Origin: a bacterium
GTDB lineage: Bacteria; Margulisbacteria; Marinamargulisbacteria; SXXA01
DNA length: 32,000 nt
Reading direction: 5' to 3'
NCBI GenBank assembly: GCA_010028705.1
Contig: RHAI01000010.1
Location: 5,506-37,505 of the forward strand
Shown in pieces: positions 25,217 through 32,000 of the stretch. Positions within the stretch are counted from its first letter, which is position 1. Each line of letters starts with the position of its first letter. The notes beneath the pieces are model-generated. The model saw only the letters and a list, made by a program, of their open reading frames with translations, did not search any database and had not been told where the DNA came from. The position numbers were made by a program, and so were the translations under genes.

Positions 25217-26515
25217 TTAGTTGAATATTCCCGAGTCTAAGAATTCTTTATTAGACTTGGTGTGCCTCAGTATTTTGATAAGCTCTTCAATCGCACTTTC
25301 GGAGTCGATATTTTTGCGGAGAAGGTATGCTTTTTTAAGCGTTTCTTCGTTAAGGAGGAGCTCTTCTTTTCGAGTTCCGGAATTGATGATGTCAATCGCT
25401 GGAAAAATGCGCCGATTCGCTAGCTTTCGGTCAAGATGGAGTTCCATGTTACCTGTACCTTTAAATTCTTCGTAGATAATGTCATCCATTCGGGACCCTG
25501 TATCTACTAGAGCTGTTGCGATGATTGTCAGACTTCCTTCTTGCTCGATCTTTCGAGCGCCTCCGAAGAATCGTTTTGGTTTATGGAGCGAACTAGGGTC
25601 TAATCCGCCCGATAGTGTTCGTCCCGACGGTGGGACGACCAGGTTGTACGCTCGTGCTAAGCGAGTGATACTGTCGAGTAGGATTACGACATCTTTGCCG
25701 CATTCGACAAGGCGTTTGGCGCTGTCGAGTACTAGTTCTGAAATTCGTACATGTTGTTCCGGGGGTTCATCAAAGGTGGAGTAAATAACTTCTCCTTGGA
25801 CCGACCGCTCCATATCGGTTACCTCTTCGGGGCGCTCGTCGATCAATAGGACTTTGATTATAACTTCGGGATGATTGATTGAAATCGCATTAGCGATCTC
25901 TTTCAGTATTGTTGTTTTTCCCGCTTTCGGTGGGGATACGATTAGTGACCGTTGCCCTTTTCCGATTGGCATCAACATATCCATTAATCGGCCGGATATT
26001 GGCACGCTATCTATTTCAAGCTTTAATTGTTCATAGGGATATACCGGAGTTAGATTGGAAAATAGAGTCCGCTCTTTAATTTTTTCCGGGTCCTCCCAAT
26101 TTATTGCCTCAACTCGTAGCAATGAAAAATATCGTTCACCATCCTTGGGTGGGCGTACCTGCCCCGATATCGTATCTCCGGACGAAAGACCAAACCTGCG
26201 GATCTGAGTTTGTGACACATATATATCTTCCGAGCTTGGTAAGTAATTGTTGGTTCGTAGAAACCCATAACCATCGGCAAGTATTTCCAGAACTCCCCGA
26301 GCGAATATGAGTCCATTGGATTCGGTTTTTGCTTGTAATAATTTAAAGATAAGGTCATTTTTTTTGAGTAGCTTGTGTTCCGGGATATTTAATTTTTGAG
26401 CTAAAGTATGTAGGTCTTTTAAGTGTGACTTCTGAAGTTCGACAATATCGAGTGATCCATCGTTTTCGTGAAGTGCTTTTATCTCTTCGTCGGTTTTCAG
26501 TTTGCGTTTTTCCAT
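25217..26515 (-). CDS. rho: Transcription termination factor Rho
   Basis: '[18 protein letters not shown]', '[13 protein letters not shown]', '[16 protein letters not shown]', '[57 protein letters not shown]'. Start at 26515 (MEKRKLK) is more likely than the track start at 26542. Confidence 0.97.
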   Translation of the reverse strand: MEKRKLKTDEEIKALHENDGSLDIVELQKSHLKDLHTLAQKLNIPEHKLLKKNDLIFKLLQAKTESNGLIFARGVLEILADGYGFLRTNNYLPSSEDIYVSQTQIRRFGLSSGDTISGQVRPPKDGERYFSLLRVEAINWEDPEKIKERTLFSNLTPVYPYEQLKLEIDSVPISGRLMDMLMPIGKGQRSLIVSPPKAGKTTILKEIANAISINHPEVIIKVLLIDERPEEVTDMERSVQGEVIYSTFDEPPEQHVRISELVLDSAKRLVECGKDVVILLDSITRLARAYNLVVPPSGRTLSGGLDPSSLHKPKRFFGGARKIEQEGSLTIIATALVDTGSRMDDIIYEEFKGTGNMELHLDRKLANRRIFPAIDIINSGTRKEELLLNEETLKKAYLLRKNIDSESAIEELIKILRHTKSNKEFLDSGIFN

Positions 26516-26618
26516 AATCTGGATAGCTCTCCTAGGCGCCACTATTAAAGGGTGGATTTTCCATTAAAAATAGCGTGAGTTGTGGGGTAGTGAATCGGGG
26601 TTAGAGCGAGACTATACC

Positions 26619-27596
26619 TTAACTACTTAGTATTCTCAATATATCTCTAGCGGCGTAAGTAATAATTAGGTCGGCGCCGGCACGTTTAAGCGAAATTACG
26701 GATTCCATTATTATGTCGCGATCGTTGGCTAAATTATGTTTAATGGCGAGCTGGAGCATCGAGTATTCTCCTGATACCTGGTAGGCAACAATGGGTGTTT
26801 TTATCTGATCCCGGAGTTCACGTATAATATCAAGGTACATCATACCAGGCTTAACCATGACTAAGTCGGCACCTTCGGAAATATCCTGCACGGTTTCTAG
26901 TATCGCTTCTCGCCGTTGTGTGGGCGCTATTTGGTGGTGCTTTCGGTCGCCTATAAATTGGGTACCCGATCCCGCGGCATCGCGAAACGGACCATATAGT
27001 GAACTTGCATATTTTGCCGAGTAGGCGAGTATTCCAGTGTGATTATGACGGGCGTCGTCCAATGATTGGCGTATCGCCTGGACGGCCCCGTCCATCATGC
27101 CAGATGGTGCAATAAAGTCGGCGCCAGCATTCGCATATGAGAATGCTATTTTTTTCAAGCAATCGAGGGTGGCGTCGTTATCGAGACCTCGGGTGGTTAA
27201 TATTCCGCAATGTCCGTGGTTGGTATACTCGCACAAACAACAATCTGCAAAAATCACGATATTTGGCACCCGTTGTTTAATCCCTTTAATTACTGTTTGG
27301 ACGCCACCCTGCGGATTCCATGCTGAGGTGCCATGCGCGTCTTTTTGCCGAGGAATTCCAAAAATTAATACGCCTCTTAGGCCTGAGCGGTATGCCGTTT
27401 CCACTTCATTAATCGCGATATCGGGCGGGTATTGGAATACTCCAGGCATTGATGGTACTGGGACAGGGGCGGCGATGTCTTCCCGAATAAATAATGGCCA
27501 AATTAGGTCGCTTGGATCGATTCGTGTTTCAGCGAGTAATTCGCGAACGCCGAGGGTTCTGCGGACTGTATGAAATCGTTTAATTTTTTGCTGCAT
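26619..27596 (-). CDS. hemB: Delta-aminolevulinic acid dehydratase (porphobilinogen synthase)
   Basis: 'DLIWPLFIRE', 'MPGVFQYPPD', 'VIFADCCLCEYTNHGHCGI', 'GADFIAPSGMMDGAVQAIRQSLD', 'MVKPGMMYLDIIR', 'PIVAYQVSGEYSML'. Confidence 0.96.
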   Translation of the reverse strand: MQQKIKRFHTVRRTLGVRELLAETRIDPSDLIWPLFIREDIAAPVPVPSMPGVFQYPPDIAINEVETAYRSGLRGVLIFGIPRQKDAHGTSAWNPQGGVQTVIKGIKQRVPNIVIFADCCLCEYTNHGHCGILTTRGLDNDATLDCLKKIAFSYANAGADFIAPSGMMDGAVQAIRQSLDDARHNHTGILAYSAKYASSLYGPFRDAAGSGTQFIGDRKHHQIAPTQRREAILETVQDISEGADLVMVKPGMMYLDIIRELRDQIKTPIVAYQVSGEYSMLQLAIKHNLANDRDIIMESVISLKRAGADLIITYAARDILRILSS

Positions 27597-28314
27597 TTTG
27601 TTTTCTATGGTCGATTATTTTTTTAATGATGTCTCGTTGAGTCGGTGTGTCTGATATCAATTTATTTGAGCATTTCAAATAGCGTAACGTTTGTTGGCCA
27701 ATCGCTAGATGAACTTGTTGAGGGAGGTCCGTTGGAAATTGATTGAAAAAACTTCGAGCAACGGAGCCGCTAAAATGAATGACATAATCATACTCAAGCG
27801 GTGAATTAATCGCAATCGTTAGGGGTAGAGTCGTATAAATTGCGATTGGATATACTGAGCGACATGATCCTAGCCAGTCGGTAGTCGATAGCTCTGAGCG
27901 AGGATGAATCCATAGTTCGGATGTCAGTTCAGTTGAGAAGTCCTCCATGATGGCGGCCGAAGTGGGGGTCGATGGAAATCGTATGTTGTGCGCTGGGTAT
28001 CCCGCGTTCAGAAATGGAGCGGCTGTTTTTGGTCCGATGCATATGATTTTTTTGTCGCATATTTTTTGGTAGATTTCTCGAGTTGCCAATACTATTTCAG
28101 TCGCATAGTGACTCGTAAATATGATTCCGTCAGCACGAGTTAATAGTGCATTGGAAATTGACCGTTCCCATTTCGGTAAGGCGATCGTGGTGATCGCGGG
28201 CACAGCGTCAAAGTGTCCGCCTTCGGATTCAATTCCAATCTGTAACTCCCGTACTGTCGCTATGTCGCGAAGAGCGAGAACTCTGGCGCCTAGTAGAGCG
28301 GGTTGAGTTTCCAT
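27580..28314 (-). CDS. hemD: Uroporphyrinogen-III synthase
   Basis: 'ADGIIFTSHYATEIVL', 'CIGPKTAAPFLNAGYPAHNI', 'YDYVIHFSGSVARSFF'. Sits between hemC and hemB and overlaps both. Confidence 0.85.
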   Translation of the reverse strand: METQPALLGARVLALRDIATVRELQIGIESEGGHFDAVPAITTIALPKWERSISNALLTRADGIIFTSHYATEIVLATREIYQKICDKKIICIGPKTAAPFLNAGYPAHNIRFPSTPTSAAIMEDFSTELTSELWIHPRSELSTTDWLGSCRSVYPIAIYTTLPLTIAINSPLEYDYVIHFSGSVARSFFNQFPTDLPQQVHLAIGQQTLRYLKCSNKLISDTPTQRDIIKKIIDHRKQNAAKN

Positions 28315-29183
28315 TCAGTCGCTTTTTTTACCAGTTCGCTCGCTGCTAAATCGAGGGATGATCCCACATCTTCGATCTCCAATCTTGAAAAATCAGGACT
28401 GGACCGAAATAGTCGAGTACGGGTGGCGTCCCCCTTAATTTCGGTTAGCATTCCTAACGGTAGTTGACAATCAAATCCTACCGTTCGTAAGAAGCTCAGC
28501 TGCAATGATGAAATGGTATATTGATTGGCGTTACTTATAGATTTCGCCAGCTGCCTAAGCTCAGGATCATTTATCCGTGTTTCAAGGCAAATGACACCCT
28601 GGCCTGGCGCTGGGATGAATTGATGTGGCGGTAGAACCGCGTACGTCGTGTCGAGATGCAATCGCATCATACTCACCTCCGATAGCATAATGGCATCGAG
28701 ATGGTGCAATGCATTTAAACGTGTGCCAATATTCCCACGAATATCCCGGGTAATAATATCCGGCCGAATCATTTTCAAAAGGGCTTTCCTGCGCATCGAT
28801 CCGGTCCCCACGGTGGCATTTCTAGGGAGTGTATCGATGGTGTACTGGAAATTAGATACGAGGCAATCACATATCGATTCTGCCGCTAAAAAACCGGTTA
28901 ATTCAAGCGTATCGGCCGTGTTGGCTGTGACATCTTTCAGCGAATGAACCGCAATGTCGATTTTCTTGTCGATGAGAGCGACTTCCAGTTCTCGAATAAA
29001 AACGCCTTTCCCCCCAATTTCAAAGAGCGGCGATTTTTGGTTAATGTCACCGGTAGTCTCGATACCAATAATTTCAGTCGGTTTTTTGGGAAACGTTGCC
29101 CTTATTTTTTCTTCAACGATCTTCGCTTGTGCCATGGCTAAAGGGGATTTGCGTGATCCTATACGAATGGGTTGGAATGTCAT
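28290..29183 (-). CDS. hemC: Hydroxymethylbilane synthase (porphobilinogen deaminase)
   Basis: 'IRIGSRKSPLAMAQAKIV', 'GVFIRELEVALIDKKIDIAVHSLKDV', 'VGTGSMRRKALL', 'DIRGNIGTRLN', 'PAPGQGVICLE', 'FLRTVGFDCQLPLG'. ATG 29183 overlaps the hemA stop (TAATG); the track start at 29213 is inside hemA. Confidence 0.96.
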   Translation of the reverse strand: MTFQPIRIGSRKSPLAMAQAKIVEEKIRATFPKKPTEIIGIETTGDINQKSPLFEIGGKGVFIRELEVALIDKKIDIAVHSLKDVTANTADTLELTGFLAAESICDCLVSNFQYTIDTLPRNATVGTGSMRRKALLKMIRPDIITRDIRGNIGTRLNALHHLDAIMLSEVSMMRLHLDTTYAVLPPHQFIPAPGQGVICLETRINDPELRQLAKSISNANQYTISSLQLSFLRTVGFDCQLPLGMLTEIKGDATRTRLFRSSPDFSRLEIEDVGSSLDLAASELVKKATEWKLNPLY

Positions 29184-30196
29184 TAGTGGTACACCGACCG
29201 ACGGTCGAGCCACAGATGAAATCGGTTCTGTTCCTCAGTTAATATTCCCGTTACTTTAGCTGATTCTTTTTGACGCTTAAGAACATTCTTGTCGGCAATC
29301 GCCTGGAGCCCACCGACTCCAATAATTCGACACGTGGAGGACTCAATTAATGGGTCCACATTACGGGGCACTGCCAGGTCAATAATTAATTCGGTGACGG
29401 CATGCTTTGTAATGTTCCCTTTTGAAAGGATGAAGTCGGATGATCCGGTGGCAACGATTATTATATGGAAGTTGGATGCGACGCTCCGAATCGTATCAAA
29501 TGGAATGACCTGACAATTTGACTCGGTTCCGACACGCATAGCGGTCATGTGAGTTCGGTTAGAGACGTAAAGATTAGGATGTCCAATGGCGGCGAGTTTT
29601 TTAACGGCTCGGTTCCCAATTTTTCCGGTTCCAATGACTATAATTGACTTATCAAAGTAATCGAAAATAGTCTCCCGAATAGCGTCAACGGCGATGGAGC
29701 TCACTGAGTAGGACCCTCTTGAGATTTCGGTTTCGTGCCGTACTCGTTTTCCCGTCGCGATGGCAATTTGAAATACTTTGTTGAGTATTGGCCCCGTTGA
29801 ATTTAACGACGAAAATTGGTGGTAGGCATCTTTGACTTGAGACAATATTTCATCTTCCCCAAACACCATCGATTCTACACCTGCGGCGACATTTAATAAG
29901 TGGCGGAGAACCGCATCGCCTTCAAGGGTATACCCAATAGAACGGAGTGTTGAGTGCGGGATTTCGCCCCATCGACTGATAAAATTGACGATCCACTGGG
30001 TCGCTTCCGAAGTGTTTTGGCTGACGTAATACATTTCAAAACGGTTGCAGGTCGCAAGGATAACAAGCTCATCAATAGGGCTGTCGTGAACTACGTCGTG
30101 TGTAACCGACGGCCAAGATTCTTTGTTGAGATAAATGAGTTCCATCTCTTGAATCGATGTGCGTTTGTAATCTGTTCCAAAAAATCCTAAATTCAT
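29183..30196 (-). CDS. hemA: Glutamyl-tRNA reductase
   Basis: 'LATCNRFEMYYVS' (catalytic Cys), 'HLLNVAAGVESMVFGEDEILSQVKDAY', 'IIVIGTGKIGNRAVKKLAAIG', 'ELIIDLAVPRNVDP'. Confidence 0.94.
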   Translation of the reverse strand: MNLGFFGTDYKRTSIQEMELIYLNKESWPSVTHDVVHDSPIDELVILATCNRFEMYYVSQNTSEATQWIVNFISRWGEIPHSTLRSIGYTLEGDAVLRHLLNVAAGVESMVFGEDEILSQVKDAYHQFSSLNSTGPILNKVFQIAIATGKRVRHETEISRGSYSVSSIAVDAIRETIFDYFDKSIIVIGTGKIGNRAVKKLAAIGHPNLYVSNRTHMTAMRVGTESNCQVIPFDTIRSVASNFHIIIVATGSSDFILSKGNITKHAVTELIIDLAVPRNVDPLIESSTCRIIGVGGLQAIADKNVLKRQKESAKVTGILTEEQNRFHLWLDRRSVYH

Positions 30197-30268
30197 TTTT
30201 ATTAACTCTGTTCAAAAAATTGTATCGGTACTGTGCCCCGTTTTGCAACGCGATAAATCTGATTTTGG

Positions 30269-31147
30269 TTGAAATATTGGGCGGTTTTCGTTAGTATCCT
30301 CCCCGTGACGCGACCAAAATTTTCAATCCAAACGATTAGTTCGACCCCCATTCCATCCGTTGTCACGGTGTTTCTTTTTTTTGTGATGTTTGTAATTTTG
30401 CTCTCTGGGGAATCATTCGCTGTGTTCAATGAAAATTACCAAGAGTTTCAAGATCCATCGATCCGAACCGTGGTTCAGAGCATGCGTGCTACTCAGATCC
30501 ATTATAACAACGCGTTATTATACACCATGAATGTCGACACGCCCGGTTATATTGAGATCGGTGGATACAACTCCCTCGACCGTGACGGAGTCATCCAAAT
30601 GATCCCGTTTTATCGATGGCGGGCGGGGCCTGTAGTCGAAACGTTGCGCCCACTCGATTTTTATATCGATGCGGTAGGCAAAGGTTTTTTTCAGGTGTCG
30701 TTGCCGACCGGATTGGGCTTTACTCGCGATGGTCGATTTACGTTGGATTCTCGGCGAAAATTAGTTATGTTAGCGGGAAATTTCCCGGTGTTGGGTGAAC
30801 GAGGAGAAATTTTTTTGCCGGAGGGGGACGAGATTGCCGTATCTAAAACCGGCTTGATTTTTGTGGATGGGGCACCCGTTGACAGAATGAAGGTCGTTGT
30901 TTTCACCGAAAAAGGGATCAATCAATTGGACACAGTGAACGGTAGCATTTTTATTTTAAGTGGCGAGGGAGAATTGAACTCGGCCGCCGATTATTCTGTT
31001 CGGCAGGGCTTTATCGAACAGAATAACATTATAAAGGCCTTAATTGGGGATATTTCCTCGGCAAAAAACACCTATGAAGCTTCGGCGAAAGCTGGGAAAG
31101 CGATTATTAAAGAGATGAATTCAGCCATCCAATTGGGTGCGCCTTAG
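30269..31147 (+). CDS. FlgF/FlgG-family basal-body rod-like protein with an N-terminal hydrophobic/signal segment (start uncertain)
   Basis: 'SMRATQIHYNNALLYTMNVDTPGYIE' is a diverged rod N-terminal motif. 'DFYIDAVGKGFFQVSLPTGLGFTRDGRFTLDSRRKLVMLAGNFPVLG' is the FlgG/FlgF core. C-terminal 'GFIEQNNIIKALIGDI'. The real start may be the downstream GTG of 'VFLFFVMFVILLSGESFA'. Confidence 0.75.
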   Translation: MKYWAVFVSILPVTRPKFSIQTISSTPIPSVVTVFLFFVMFVILLSGESFAVFNENYQEFQDPSIRTVVQSMRATQIHYNNALLYTMNVDTPGYIEIGGYNSLDRDGVIQMIPFYRWRAGPVVETLRPLDFYIDAVGKGFFQVSLPTGLGFTRDGRFTLDSRRKLVMLAGNFPVLGERGEIFLPEGDEIAVSKTGLIFVDGAPVDRMKVVVFTEKGINQLDTVNGSIFILSGEGELNSAADYSVRQGFIEQNNIIKALIGDISSAKNTYEASAKAGKAIIKEMNSAIQLGAP

Positions 31148-31196
31148 GTTGACATTGAACATACGGATATCGTCTGAAATTACAGGAGGTTAATTA

Positions 31197-32000
31197 ATGA
31201 TTTCACAATTATTTATGGCAAAAAGTGCTTTGATCGCATACCAGCGGAAAATGCAGGTAGTCGTTAATAATATTTCAAACGCTCAAACGGTTGGCTACAA
31301 ACGTCGGTCAGTTGAAATGGAAAGTTTGTTCCCCTTAGTGTTTGAATCGGTAATTAATGATGGCGACGAGAGTACGGCAGGGACATCGCGAAGCCGGAAG
31401 CGTTACCTCGAGTATGGACAAGGTGTGCGGGTGGCGGACATTCGGAAGGATATGAGTCCCGGAAGTATTGAAGTGACCAATCAAGATCTTGATATGGCGA
31501 TTGATGGGGCGGGCTTGTTCCAGCTTCGGTTGAGTGATGGAACTGTAGCTTACGGCCGTGCCGGCAATTTTCATGCTGATCCGGATGGGAATGTAGTGGA
31601 TCCAAATGGTAACCCTCTTGAGCCGAATCTGAAATTGCCCCGGGAGTATTCGGATGTCATTATCAATGAAGAAGGGAAGGTGTTTGTTCAGAGTAATGGC
31701 GATCCAAATCCGAGAGAAATTGGTCAGGTGACCCTTGCAATTTTCCCAAATCCGGCGGGCTTGAAAGATATCGGTCAAAATCTATATGTTCAAACCGCTG
31801 CTTCGGGAGACCCTAGTTTTCAAATTCCTGGACGCGGATTGGCGGGGTCGTTACGGCAACGTGCACTCGAATTTTCGAATGTGAATGTGATTGAAGAGAT
31901 GATGAATATGGTGTTAACCCAGCGCGCGTTTGATTTGACGATTAAGTCAATTAACTCTGGCGATCAAATGTTGAAGAGCGGTAGTGATTTGGGTAAATAG
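31197..32000 (+). CDS. flgG: Flagellar basal-body rod protein, FlgG-like
   Basis: SD AGGAGG at 31184-31189. 'MISQLFMAKSALIAYQRKMQVVVNNISNAQTVGYKRRSVEMESL', 'DLDMAIDGAGLFQLRLSDGTVAYGRAGNFHADPDGNVVDPNGNPL', C-terminal 'LEFSNVNVIEEMMNMVLTQRAFDLTIKSINSGDQML'. Stop TAG at 31998-32000. Confidence 0.88.
   Translation: MISQLFMAKSALIAYQRKMQVVVNNISNAQTVGYKRRSVEMESLFPLVFESVINDGDESTAGTSRSRKRYLEYGQGVRVADIRKDMSPGSIEVTNQDLDMAIDGAGLFQLRLSDGTVAYGRAGNFHADPDGNVVDPNGNPLEPNLKLPREYSDVIINEEGKVFVQSNGDPNPREIGQVTLAIFPNPAGLKDIGQNLYVQTAASGDPSFQIPGRGLAGSLRQRALEFSNVNVIEEMMNMVLTQRAFDLTIKSINSGDQMLKSGSDLGK

Noticed and set aside
28954-29259. 101-aa plus-strand ORF across hemC/hemA (and 27097-27573, 158 aa, over hemB)
   Set aside because: Both are antisense to well-conserved heme genes, with composition typical of shadow ORFs.
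31335-31778. 147-aa minus-strand ORF inside flgG (and 31354-31605)
   Set aside because: Fully antisense to a strong FlgG match with SD. No plausible homology.

Overview
The window is gene-dense bacterial chromosome, roughly 45-50% GC by eye, using the standard code, with about 24 supportable genes. No tRNA, rRNA, CRISPR array or transposase was recognised. Left to right: mltG and a TSUP permease (+); a minus-strand group of a GT2 glycosyltransferase, an unlisted 59-aa one-TM ORF, pepN and recJ; a tightly coupled plus-strand operon (purL, an unknown secreted protein, recG, rsmD, coaD, a DivIVA/ATPase-like coiled coil, rph, and an S41 peptidase that seems to lack its PDZ domain); a minus-strand FhlB-like + FliK-like pair and a class-IV aminotransferase; hemL (+); a four-gene motor-type cassette (+); rho and an overlapping hemA-hemC-hemD-hemB operon (-); and two FlgF/FlgG-family rod-protein genes (+). 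The strongest candidate for an undescribed system is the cassette at about 21.16-25.21 kb: a TPR/SPOR-like exported protein; one polypeptide that appears to join a Sec signal, a FliF RBM3-like periplasmic domain, one TM helix, a Gly-rich linker and FliG middle+C domains; then MotA and MotB. It looks like a compact natural FliF-FliG rotor fusion encoded with its own stator. Whether it is the organism's main flagellar motor or a second one cannot be decided from this window. Family calls rest on motif and domain recognition by eye; no database search was run.
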